IMG/VR virus record: IMGVR_UViG_3300042691_023183
Span: 62,839-126,838 of that record
Reading direction: 5' to 3' (one strand)
From: a virus
DNA: 64,000 bases
The position numbers and the translations under genes were made by a program. Shown here in pieces: positions 20,748-30,324 of the stretch (the first letter of the stretch is position 1; every line of letters begins with the position of its first letter). The notes under the pieces were generated by a model, which was not told the origin of the DNA, did not search any database, and saw only the letters and a list, made by a program, of their open reading frames with translations.

Positions 20748-21416
20748 ATGAAAAATGTAATTTGTTTTGTTTTATCCACTGAGAAATATGTAGATCGTAT
20801 TGAAAGAATTGAAAGAACGTGGAGTAAAAATGTACCAACAATTTTTTATTCGGATCATGATGTAATAGAACGGAATATTATAAAAGTACATGATGAAAAA
20901 AACTATCGTGCTGCCGAAATGAAACAATACAAAGTTTTGAATTCGATAAAAAAGATGTCAGATGTTATTTCAAAATATGATTGGATCTGTTTTACCGATG
21001 ATGACACTTTTTTGAATGTTAAAAAACTAAATGAAATAATTCAGACTTTGGATGAAACCAAATCTTATGGTGAAGTTTTATCTTATCAAAACGATCCACG
21101 AAATCCGATGTTTCAACGATCTGATATACCTAAAGATTTAAGGTATCCAAATGGAGGGTCTGGATTTTTAATTAGTGTAAAAACAATAAACCAAATACCC
21201 GAGTTTAAAAGTTATGATACTGGATTTAGTGATGTAACATTTGGTTTAAATTTATATTTTAACGGTGTATATATAGAACACTGTGATTTGTTTCATAGAC
21301 ACCCACCTTCTTTTTATAATCACAACATTGATCAAATTAAAAAGAATATCTCGTATCATTACATATTAAACGACGATGATATGAATAAACTATATTCAAT
21401 CACTGAGGAAGAGTAA
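20748..21416 (+). CDS. Fringe/GT31-like glycosyltransferase
   Basis: TW, WICFTDDDTF, GGSG, DV.FG. Confidence 0.8.
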   Translation: MKNVICFVLSTEKYVDRIERIERTWSKNVPTIFYSDHDVIERNIIKVHDEKNYRAAEMKQYKVLNSIKKMSDVISKYDWICFTDDDTFLNVKKLNEIIQTLDETKSYGEVLSYQNDPRNPMFQRSDIPKDLRYPNGGSGFLISVKTINQIPEFKSYDTGFSDVTFGLNLYFNGVYIEHCDLFHRHPPSFYNHNIDQIKKNISYHYILNDDDMNKLYSITEEE

Positions 21417-22065
21417 AAAATGGACTATGACATACTTCTGGGTGCATGTGTGAACTACGTCCGGGTATACAAGATGCCACTTTTCGTTTATTTTTTCTTA
21501 TTTGAACAAATCCGTGATAATCATATTGCCAAATGTTATGCACCACTTCGTTCATCCAAATATCATAATCTTCAACCAAAGTTTGGTGTTTAAAAGCAAA
21601 TGTACCGGTAGTTGAGTTGGTGTATTTCCAATGAGAACTCTTGGTTAAGAATACCACTGTATTTTCTCCAATATCTGTTAATTCTGGATTTGGGTAAATG
21701 AACTGAGAATATTTATCTGGATGGTCATATAAAGTAACATAATCAGCGTGTTGTAATCCTTCTTCAAACAGTATATCTGACCCCGGATAGTGTATGTAAT
21801 CGTCTTCTACCATGTACACAATATCGTCTGAATCGAAGTTATTACGACAAAATTCAAACTTATCAATCATGTATTTATCCTTTCCACGTACTTGATTGTC
21901 TACCGTAACATTGTAGGATTTCAGAAAATCCATCATTTCGTCGCTCAAATCATCACCCAATATATAAATGTTGTGATTGGTGAATACTGTAAATAAGTTT
22001 TCTAAACATGGCTTTTTTGGATAGGTTGATCTAGATTTTTCACACAAAGAAAGCACAACATTCAT
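21400..22065 (-). CDS. GT2-like glycosyltransferase
   Basis: YMVEDDYIH, YVTLYDHPDKY, STT.TF. Confidence 0.7.
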   Translation of the reverse strand: MNVVLSLCEKSRSTYPKKPCLENLFTVFTNHNIYILGDDLSDEMMDFLKSYNVTVDNQVRGKDKYMIDKFEFCRNNFDSDDIVYMVEDDYIHYPGSDILFEEGLQHADYVTLYDHPDKYSQFIYPNPELTDIGENTVVFLTKSSHWKYTNSTTGTFAFKHQTLVEDYDIWMNEVVHNIWQYDYHGFVQIRKNKRKVASCIPGRSSHMHPEVCHSPFFTLPQ

Positions 22066-22110
22066 ATATTGATATATATCAATATCTGATGTGATTTGAT
22101 ATTTTTACCA

Positions 22111-22118
22111 TATTTATA
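22111..22118 (+). promoter_or_regulatory. TATTTATA putative late-promoter motif
   Basis: 4 nt upstream of ATG 22123; recurs before many genes. Confidence 0.55.
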
Positions 22119-22122
22119 GATT

Positions 22123-24018
22123 ATGACCTATAAAGACTTCTTCAAAGAATATAATATGAGTCAGGTTCCTGTTGGTGGACAACCATCAATTTCAGGTCAA
22201 TCTGGAACATATGCATCACCTGACGTGACTCAAAATCCCGGTTCGTTTCCTGCAGATAGTTCAAATGTCAATATTGTTCCTCCAGTGGATCAAGACATTA
22301 AGTCCAAAATTGATCCTGAACAGTATAAAAAGGATGTTGAGGACGTTAAAACAAAGGTAACTCCCGATGATATCATTCAAGGGATGCAATATGAACTCAA
22401 GAAACAGATTTATAAGAACAAAATGGTTGCAAAGGAAACCGTTGTTCAAAACTTGAAAGAAAATCCACGTTATTATCGTGATCTTGGTATGTTGGGAATG
22501 ACTCCTGACATGATGAATGAATCTGTTACAGGCGATATTAATGAGAAATTGGAACTTCATCGCCATACCGATGAGGAAACCGGAAAACAATACATTATTG
22601 TGGTGTCTGATTTATACAAACCATACGATCCAGATCAACCAGAATCTCCAGATAATAATCCAGACACTACGGTTAAAAGTTCTAGAGCTGCTGGTAATGA
22701 AACATATAAATCAAAGGATGGCATCAAGTCATTGGGATTTCTATGGAATCCAGATAGAGGGTGGGAAAAACCATATACTACCGATGAAGATTTACGATAC
22801 TATATGAAAGCAATTGAGAAGATCAATGCTGGATATTCATATAATTGGAAAACGAAAACGTGGACTCCTCCAAAATCTGGTCCTATACAATATGAAGAGT
22901 TGTTACATACATTTGAAAATCTTAAAGTGTTTGTAGAGAGAGAAGACTTTAACAAGAAACGAATGCTTGCCGACAAAATTACATCGATAATTAATGATTT
23001 GGCAAACGCAATTGAAGGAGCTTCAATGAGCGAAGCAATGAAGTCGTTTTTGAATTTCAAAAAGAAATTTTGGAAGTACAGCTTTAGTAATAGTTTACTA
23101 ATTTGGTCACAAAAACCTAATGCTACTCAAGTTGCTGGACTTAGTAAATGGAAAGAACTTGGTATAAAAGTTAACTTTGAAACTGCTACTCGCATTAAAA
23201 TTTGGAGACCTCTAAAAGCAAAGAAAGATGATTCCGAAGTTAAACCGGGAGAAGATACTGGTCTAGATGATGAAATAGCTAAAAATAACATTACACGATT
23301 TGTTATTGGAATCGTGTATGATATTTCAGATACTAATGCCGCAGAGTTAGGAAAGATACCACAAATACCACAATGGCACGATCCTAATACGCCAAGTGAA
23401 ACCGCTGATAAACTTTATAATTATCTCATTGAATTTTGTCAAGATAAAGGTATCAAAGTTACCACTGATCCAGCCACGGGTAAAGAACAAGGATGGGCAA
23501 GTGGAGATCATATTAACTTAACAAGTACTATATCGGGTATAAATCGTGTGTCAACTTTGATTCACGAAATTGCACATTCATTATTACACTTTAAAGATAG
23601 TTCAGTGTTTTATGGAAATGATGAAACGTTAAAGTTAACCAAAGAAGAAGCCGAACTTCAAGCTGAATCAGTTGCTTATACTGTGACAAATCATTATGGA
23701 CTAGATACAAAACACGGCGCCGCTTACATTTCCCTGTGGAAAGGTAATAAAGAAGCTGTTCAGAAAAATTTAACTTTAATACATAAAGTTGCTACCTTTA
23801 TTATTAAAGGTGTTGATCAAATTGCAGAAGAAAAATCGAAAGAAACTCCAATGAACGAAAATCAAAAAGAGAAGATTGGAAGTATCATACGTGATATGGC
23901 TAATCAATCCAAAACACGTGAACGTGTTGAACAAAAATATGGTAACTTTGAAGCTATCAAGAAGTTGATGGAAGAAAAATGGGAAGAAAAGAAAAAGAGA
24001 AGGAACTACGGTGGATAA
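22123..24018 (+). CDS. Multidomain protein with ArdC-like ssDNA-binding domain and MPTase/ImmA-like zincin; probable virion internal protein
   Basis: YSFSNSLLI..QKPNATQVAG..KW..LG (ArdC-N); TLIHEIAH..LH, ELQAESVAY (HExxH zincin). Confidence 0.8.
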   Translation: MTYKDFFKEYNMSQVPVGGQPSISGQSGTYASPDVTQNPGSFPADSSNVNIVPPVDQDIKSKIDPEQYKKDVEDVKTKVTPDDIIQGMQYELKKQIYKNKMVAKETVVQNLKENPRYYRDLGMLGMTPDMMNESVTGDINEKLELHRHTDEETGKQYIIVVSDLYKPYDPDQPESPDNNPDTTVKSSRAAGNETYKSKDGIKSLGFLWNPDRGWEKPYTTDEDLRYYMKAIEKINAGYSYNWKTKTWTPPKSGPIQYEELLHTFENLKVFVEREDFNKKRMLADKITSIINDLANAIEGASMSEAMKSFLNFKKKFWKYSFSNSLLIWSQKPNATQVAGLSKWKELGIKVNFETATRIKIWRPLKAKKDDSEVKPGEDTGLDDEIAKNNITRFVIGIVYDISDTNAAELGKIPQIPQWHDPNTPSETADKLYNYLIEFCQDKGIKVTTDPATGKEQGWASGDHINLTSTISGINRVSTLIHEIAHSLLHFKDSSVFYGNDETLKLTKEEAELQAESVAYTVTNHYGLDTKHGAAYISLWKGNKEAVQKNLTLIHKVATFIIKGVDQIAEEKSKETPMNENQKEKIGSIIRDMANQSKTRERVEQKYGNFEAIKKLMEEKWEEKKKRRNYGG

Positions 24019-24205
24019 ACCTAAAGGAGATTGGTATATTGTAGGATCTCAGAAGAAAATTCAAGATCCTCTGATTGGTCATCCGGCTATGAAAGGTCGT
24101 AGATGGCAAATTGATTACGCATATCCATCAAATGGTTATAGTAAAATGCAAAAAGCCGAACAAGAAGCTTCACAACACAAACATAAAAGTAACAACCGAC
24201 CATGA
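24011..24205 (+). CDS. Hypothetical protein
   Basis: Overlap-coupled with both neighbours. Confidence 0.55.
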   Translation: MDKPKGDWYIVGSQKKIQDPLIGHPAMKGRRWQIDYAYPSNGYSKMQKAEQEASQHKHKSNNRP

Positions 24206-25107
24206 AATATAAAGACTTTTTCATCAACGAAGATAACGAACTCAAAGGTGGTGTAGGTGACGCAACCGCTCCAGCAAATGTAGATCCCGCACAACTAGCG
24301 TTGGGTGTTCAAATCGAAATGGAACATACCAACGATGAAAAGATTGCTACCGAAATTGCATTGGACCATCTAACAGAAGACGGTCAATACTATCAGAAGT
24401 TAATCGCCGCTGGTCTTGCCAAAGAGTTTCAACCACAAGCCAATTCTGGATTTGGTGATCCAAAACAAAGTTTCAACGACAAAGCCAGACTTGGAAGCGA
24501 AATATCTTGTACACCGGGAAACAATGTGGTAGGTAAGATTGGTACAACACCAATTGGTCAAGTCAAAGACAGTGAACCAGTTGGACCAAGTAAAGTACCT
24601 GGCGTTGAACTTGATATTGATGAACCATCGTTAGATGAAGATAGATGTACAAACATTGCCAAACGTAAGTACAAAAAGTGGCCAAGTGCATACGCAAGTG
24701 GTGCCGTTGTACGTTGCAGAAAAGGAAAGATTTGGCGTAAAAAGAATGAAGAAGTTGAACTAGAAGAGAAAAAAGACTTTAGTAAAGAAAAGAAACAAGG
24801 TCTTCATGGATGGTTTGCAAGACAGGGTGGAAAAGGAAAAAGCAAAGGTTGGGTAGATTGCAATACTTGTCGTAAAGATAAAAAGACCGGTCGTAAAACA
24901 TGTAAAGCCTGTGGTCGTCAAGCCGGTGAAAAACGATCCAAGTATCCAGCTTGTCGTCCAACTCCTTCACAGTGTAATAAACGTGGAACAAGTAAGAAAA
25001 AAGGTCCAAGCTCGGTTTCTTGGCAAAAGAAAAAGAATGAATCTGTAGAACCACAGAATCCAATCAAGTTGACCGATATTCTCAAAGATATATTGAAAGA
25101 CCAATGA
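24202..25107 (+). CDS. Modular phage protein (DUF5661-like EMEH..DHL domain plus basic Cys-rich modules)
   Basis: GVQIEMEHT..IALDHL.E...YY; WPSAYASGAVVRCRK; GLHGWF..WVD..KYPACRP. Confidence 0.7.
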   Translation: MKYKDFFINEDNELKGGVGDATAPANVDPAQLALGVQIEMEHTNDEKIATEIALDHLTEDGQYYQKLIAAGLAKEFQPQANSGFGDPKQSFNDKARLGSEISCTPGNNVVGKIGTTPIGQVKDSEPVGPSKVPGVELDIDEPSLDEDRCTNIAKRKYKKWPSAYASGAVVRCRKGKIWRKKNEEVELEEKKDFSKEKKQGLHGWFARQGGKGKSKGWVDCNTCRKDKKTGRKTCKACGRQAGEKRSKYPACRPTPSQCNKRGTSKKKGPSSVSWQKKKNESVEPQNPIKLTDILKDILKDQ

Positions 25108-26186
25108 TCAAACTAGCAGACATCGCAAGAGAAATTCTTTCGGAGGAAAACGTTAAGAAACTCTTTGGATCATTATCCAACAGAGTTACCACCGAGGAAA
25201 TGCATGGTGTTTTTGGTGAGTTAAAAAAGAAACTCGCTAAGAAGTTTTCTAGCTTCAACAACACAACCAAACTGTCAAGTCGTCAAGATCATGGCGATAT
25301 TGACATTGTTGTTGTACCTCCTGCGGGACAATCTGCGCGTGATATTATAACCAACGCAGTTGGAACCAATATTGTCAGAAATACCGAACCAAATGCGGTT
25401 GTAACATCTAATGGTAACGTATATCAACCAAAACAAATGTATGTTACCACCAATGGTAATATCTTTTCTATATTGTATCGGCCAGATAAGTTGGATAAAC
25501 AAGTTCATATTGACTTTATTGTAGCAAAAGATGAAGAAGATGCACGTAACAAACAAGATTATCTAGCATACAATGACTTTTCAGGTATAGTTGGTGTTAT
25601 TGCCAGAAAACTTGGGTTTAAGTATGGTAGTGATGGTTTCTTTAAGATCTTTGTTGATAACAAGGGTCAAAATCGATCAATCTTAATTACAAAGAACCTT
25701 CGTGACGCTCAAAAGATTCTTGGTTTTCGTAATGTTGATACTAATTTTTCCAACATTAAGAGTGAAGATGATATTGTAGAATACATCAAGACATCACCAT
25801 TGTTTGATATACGTCAATTAAGTGGTGAATTGAATCGTGGTGATCGTAAAAAGATGCGTAGTGAACGTCAGTCCGCGCAGTATATACGTGATCAGTTGTT
25901 GCAAAGTGGTCAACGTCGTAGTGTGAATGATGATGACTTCTTCTTCAAGTCGTTGTTTCCATCTTTGTATGATCAGGTTGACCAAGAAAAACAAAAGTTA
26001 GACGCCGAAACCGTTAAAACTGAAAAGTATAATGGTAAGTGGATCATAAACACATTCAATTTGAAGACTGGTAAGGTTATAGGCGATATTAAAGACCATT
26101 TGAACAAACAGTATGGTGACGAGTTAGAAAACACCCCTGAAGAAGAAGTGATTAACACTGTTAAACAATATTTATCTACACTATGA
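25104..26186 (+). CDS. Pol beta-superfamily nucleotidyltransferase
   Basis: HGDIDIVV, QVHIDFI, C-terminal NG..I...LK.G..IG tail resembling CCA-adding enzymes. Confidence 0.7.
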   Translation: MIKLADIAREILSEENVKKLFGSLSNRVTTEEMHGVFGELKKKLAKKFSSFNNTTKLSSRQDHGDIDIVVVPPAGQSARDIITNAVGTNIVRNTEPNAVVTSNGNVYQPKQMYVTTNGNIFSILYRPDKLDKQVHIDFIVAKDEEDARNKQDYLAYNDFSGIVGVIARKLGFKYGSDGFFKIFVDNKGQNRSILITKNLRDAQKILGFRNVDTNFSNIKSEDDIVEYIKTSPLFDIRQLSGELNRGDRKKMRSERQSAQYIRDQLLQSGQRRSVNDDDFFFKSLFPSLYDQVDQEKQKLDAETVKTEKYNGKWIINTFNLKTGKVIGDIKDHLNKQYGDELENTPEEEVINTVKQYLSTL

Positions 26187-28108
26187 ATGAACTTACGAAG
26201 GATCAGTGGAAAAAAAGTATGTCAACCGGATTTGGTGATAGTAGTCATCCAATCAATATGGACAATCCACATCACGATAAACTGGTGGTTAAGTTAGAAA
26301 ATGCCGAAATGGCCATGAGTGACATGACCAAGGCCATTGAATATAGCGACAAGTTGCAGAAGATGTTCAATGTCAGTGATGATTTGGAAGATTGGGTAAA
26401 AGCCAAGTTGAATCACGCTGCGGATTATATTGCTACTGTAAGAGATTACTTGAAGTTTTACCATGATGAAAAATCGTTGGGTACATCTGATCAAGAAATA
26501 AACGAAAGGTGGACACGTAAGTATAAAACCAGTATTGATTGTTCACATCCAAAGGGATTTAGTCAAAGAGCACATTGTGCTGGACGTAGAGCTAGACGTG
26601 ATGGTAGACATACCAAAAGTAGTTCTGTTAGCGAAGTGGAAGTATATAACGAAGTTTTAAAAGATTTGATTGAGGATATTCTTGAAGAAGAAAGTTCTAT
26701 GGCAATGGGTGCGGTGAAACAGATAAACAGTGATGCACAAGAACTTCAATCAATGTTGAAACCACAGATGGAACTTCCTGACTGGTGTAAAGCCAAATTA
26801 AACTTGGCAGGAGAATATTTGGATGATGTATATCATCACTTAGATCATTTTGGTCCACAAGGTCGTAAGTTTGATGAAAACATCAACGAACTTGATTATG
26901 AAGGTGCGGTGGGTTTTCATGAATTGATGACTTTTTATGGAAAAGCGTCAGATGAACAACGTCAACAAATGGATGATTGTTTGGCTAATAAAAACGTTGA
27001 TTGTGTCAAAGATCTAATTCATCAAGTAACTGGTATGACTATGAATAATGTTAAAGAAGCTGTTACAGATCCACGTTTTCTTGCAATGAAACAGATGAGT
27101 CCACAGGACTTGGAACGTTATATTCTTTCTACTCAACAAAAGAAGTCATCATATGTTCCACCCGTTATACAAAAAGCATATTGGATAAGTCCAATCGGAG
27201 AATTGACTCCTGTATCTGATCACGAAAGATGGGCAAAAGAAATGTATCCTGACGCAAAAGATCCAAAGATGGAAGCATTTCGTAATGGATATATTAGAAT
27301 GGTATATTCTGTTCTTAAGAATGGTCGTGTTCAGTTTGACTTTCAAAATATAAAAACTCCATCTGGTGGAGAAGAATTCAATAAAAATGGTAATTCTACG
27401 TTAGGAATACCTCCTGTTAAACCGAATGTCATGGTAGTGATACATCAATTTATTAAAGAAAAGAATAAATTGACTAACACTGTTGCTGATGATAACTTGG
27501 AGGAAGCCATGAGTATCGAAGAAGATTGGAAAAAGATGTTAGGTACCGCCGCATTAGCAGCTGCTACTGCATTTGGTACCCCGCAGGTACAAGGTGGTGC
27601 GTCTGCGAATGTCACCACTCCACAACCTGTTGTAACAACAACTGTACAAAAACAATATCCGTATACAGTTGAAGATATCATTGCCGCTACACTAGTTGAT
27701 GAAGCTGGTGGAGAGAAAAATTCATTGGAGGGCATGCATGCTGTCTTGAACGTTATTATGAATCGTGCGAAAGGCAATATACGTCAAGCTGCAATTGAAT
27801 GTTTGAAACCAAAACAGTTTAGTGGTTGGAATACCGTTGATAAAAAGAGTGCAGATGCAATCAAGAAATTTATCGACTCCAAACGTGGACATTCACAATT
27901 CAAGAACGCTTTGAAGTTGGTTGACCAAGCAAAAAACAAATCCTTGAAGGATATTACCAAAGGATCCAATCATTTTTTGAATGTAAAGTTAACACAACAA
28001 CAACGTAAAGGCGGTAAATTACCATCTTGGTACGATCCTAAAAAGGTTGTTGTTGACTATGGAAAACATCGGTTCTTGAAATTAGAAGAGTTGTATGAAC
28101 TTGCCTGA
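26183..28108 (+). CDS. Modular virion polyprotein with C-terminal SleB/Hydrolase_2 cell-wall hydrolase
   Basis: TLVDEAGGE..GM.AV.NVIMNR, QFSGWN, T.G..HF, G.H.F; two copies of an L..W.KAKL.. helical module. Confidence 0.8.
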   Translation: MNELTKDQWKKSMSTGFGDSSHPINMDNPHHDKLVVKLENAEMAMSDMTKAIEYSDKLQKMFNVSDDLEDWVKAKLNHAADYIATVRDYLKFYHDEKSLGTSDQEINERWTRKYKTSIDCSHPKGFSQRAHCAGRRARRDGRHTKSSSVSEVEVYNEVLKDLIEDILEEESSMAMGAVKQINSDAQELQSMLKPQMELPDWCKAKLNLAGEYLDDVYHHLDHFGPQGRKFDENINELDYEGAVGFHELMTFYGKASDEQRQQMDDCLANKNVDCVKDLIHQVTGMTMNNVKEAVTDPRFLAMKQMSPQDLERYILSTQQKKSSYVPPVIQKAYWISPIGELTPVSDHERWAKEMYPDAKDPKMEAFRNGYIRMVYSVLKNGRVQFDFQNIKTPSGGEEFNKNGNSTLGIPPVKPNVMVVIHQFIKEKNKLTNTVADDNLEEAMSIEEDWKKMLGTAALAAATAFGTPQVQGGASANVTTPQPVVTTTVQKQYPYTVEDIIAATLVDEAGGEKNSLEGMHAVLNVIMNRAKGNIRQAAIECLKPKQFSGWNTVDKKSADAIKKFIDSKRGHSQFKNALKLVDQAKNKSLKDITKGSNHFLNVKLTQQQRKGGKLPSWYDPKKVVVDYGKHRFLKLEELYELA

Positions 28109-28376
28109 GTTTCCGACTTCTATAAACGATCCAATCTTTCAAAGTTTGGTTCGTAGAAAGAAACAGGGAGAAGATACAACACTTCCTCCTGTTCAAGAAT
28201 TTCCTCAATCGGATATTGATGAACTAGAGTCTTTTTGTAGGGCACATGGTATATTGGGATTTAACTGTGGACGTATGAATCCCAAGGCCGCACTACAAAT
28301 GCTTAAAAGCAAATTGGGTGTATTGAGTCATAACGAAGTTACTTCGACTCAAGTAAAACAAATATTAAAGGGTTAA
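28095..28376 (+). CDS. Hypothetical protein
   Basis: 93-aa ORF overlapping upstream stop. Confidence 0.65.
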   Translation: MNLPEFPTSINDPIFQSLVRRKKQGEDTTLPPVQEFPQSDIDELESFCRAHGILGFNCGRMNPKAALQMLKSKLGVLSHNEVTSTQVKQILKG

Positions 28377-28846
28377 CTCCAAAGGTTAACTGCTATACGT
28401 TTCCATTTATTATCAACGTATACATAAATGTAATTATCATCTAATCTTACTTCTCCGACTAATCCTGAATCTGTTGGTGATGTTGGTGCGGATGCGGTGG
28501 TATTAAGTTGAAATGATACAAATGACCCACTTGGTGAACTAATACTATTAGTGAAATACGCATTAGATGCAGTGATGTCACCACCACTTCCACTTAGACT
28601 AGAACTTACATCACTTGGTACAACGATTAAACTGCCACTGATGATTTGATTTCCTTGGAACGTATTACTTCCAGTACTAGCACTTCCACTAATAGATGTT
28701 ACCAGTTCGTTGATACTTACCGCGGCTAAATTACCAGATCCATCTGTACCAAATACAATGTTGGACCCAGATAGATATTTTTCATCGAACTTCGTATTAG
28801 AAGCATTTCTCTGTGAAAATATGATGCTTAATGGATATAGTGGCAT
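28373..28846 (-). CDS. Small tail-fibre/decoration-like beta protein
   Basis: Repeated SGS/ISGS motifs; C-terminal G..GE...D.NYIYV.V..KWKR module. Confidence 0.6.
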   Translation of the reverse strand: MPLYPLSIIFSQRNASNTKFDEKYLSGSNIVFGTDGSGNLAAVSINELVTSISGSASTGSNTFQGNQIISGSLIVVPSDVSSSLSGSGGDITASNAYFTNSISSPSGSFVSFQLNTTASAPTSPTDSGLVGEVRLDDNYIYVYVDNKWKRIAVNLWS

Positions 28847-28964
28847 ACAATACGTATAAATATAAGAAAAAACGGTAGATCTATGTTTTAAAATATATTT
28901 ATGACGGTATGGGCTTTAAAGAACAACTTTTGGAACAAACACTTGAACTGAAAGAAAGAAATTT

Positions 28965-29915
28965 ATGAAAAGAATATATATTGTTTTGTCGTTATTGTTA
29001 TTAACCAGTTGTGCTACTGTTAGACCCGCTAAACAAGTTACTACCAATCAAGATGGTATTGCTAAAGAAGAAAAGAAAGTAGATAAAACCTTGGATCAAA
29101 TTGATAAGAATGAACAAGGTAAAAAATCACAAACATCTACATTAGCACAAGGTATTCAACACTCGTTGAATCAAGTTACCAATCCTCCAATTCAGGTTGA
29201 AACTGCCAAGTCTTTGAACGACCGTGTTGTTTCTATTGTTGGATCTCCTAACGTCGATGAAATGAAACGTATCAAAGCAACCGTGGATCTTTTGAATTCC
29301 GCAGTTGAAGAAGAACGTAAAAAAGGTCAAGAGTTGTTGAGTAAACGTGATGAAATTATCAGTAAATTACAACAAGAAAATGCCGAACTCAATCAAAAGT
29401 ACGATGACCAAATGTGGGAAATGACTGATAAGGCTAAGGAACAAGCAAAAATAGCAGATCAAAATAAAGCCGCATTGGATTCAATGAGCGGTATGTTTGG
29501 TTTGAACGCTGTATTTTGGGGTTTAAAGAAGTTTGTATTTAGTTGTTTAACCTTTATTATTGTTTTTGGTATTATCTTCTTGATTTTACGTGTATTGAGT
29601 ACATTGAATCCCGCCGCAGCTGCTGCTTTCGGTATTTTTAATCTAATTGGTACTACAATATTGAGTATGATTAAGGCACTAACACCACATGCGTTTGAAA
29701 TGGCTAATTTTACATCTAAAGATCATGTAGATGAATACAAATCACCGTTGACAAAAATAGTGGATGTAATTCAAGAGTTCCGTGAAAAATACAAAGAAAA
29801 TCCAGATCGAACTTTTACATTAGATGAGTTATTGAAGAAATTTGATAAAGAAATGGACAGTCATGAGAAGTCACTGATTGATAATCTATTGGCCGAACTA
29901 AGATGGAAACGGTAA
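28965..29915 (+). CDS. Lipoprotein with coiled coil and C-terminal TM helices (spanin-like)
   Basis: Lipobox LLTS-C, long heptad region, hydrophobic segments about aa 190-240. Confidence 0.6.
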   Translation: MKRIYIVLSLLLLTSCATVRPAKQVTTNQDGIAKEEKKVDKTLDQIDKNEQGKKSQTSTLAQGIQHSLNQVTNPPIQVETAKSLNDRVVSIVGSPNVDEMKRIKATVDLLNSAVEEERKKGQELLSKRDEIISKLQQENAELNQKYDDQMWEMTDKAKEQAKIADQNKAALDSMSGMFGLNAVFWGLKKFVFSCLTFIIVFGIIFLILRVLSTLNPAAAAAFGIFNLIGTTILSMIKALTPHAFEMANFTSKDHVDEYKSPLTKIVDVIQEFREKYKENPDRTFTLDELLKKFDKEMDSHEKSLIDNLLAELRWKR

Positions 29916-30015
29916 CATATATTAAGTTGAACATCGTTACATAGTAATATATACTATTACCATAACAAGTAAATTATATTTAGTGTATACTAAATAAACC
30001 ACTAGTTATTAAGGT

Positions 30016-30321
30016 ATGAGTATGAAGTATTATATTATTGACAAACAGGTTAGTCATCAACCTGCCATTTTTAATTCACTAAATGAACTAGTTAGTACAC
30101 TTGAACGTGTGGTACAATACAAGTTCAAGATGACTCGTAAACAGTACATGCAAAATCTTATAGATTTGGGACATGGTGTTGATGATCATCTTGGACGTAC
30201 ATTTACTGAATCTATGTCTGAATACGTAGAGATTGGCGTTATGAAGAATAACGCATGTGTTCGTTGTAATGTACATGAAGTGACACATTACGCTAAGTAT
30301 ATTAATGAAATGGGTCACTAA
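30016..30321 (+). CDS. Hypothetical protein
   Basis: 101-aa ORF in operon with helicase. Confidence 0.65.
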   Translation: MSMKYYIIDKQVSHQPAIFNSLNELVSTLERVVQYKFKMTRKQYMQNLIDLGHGVDDHLGRTFTESMSEYVEIGVMKNNACVRCNVHEVTHYAKYINEMGH

Positions 30322-30324
30322 TAT

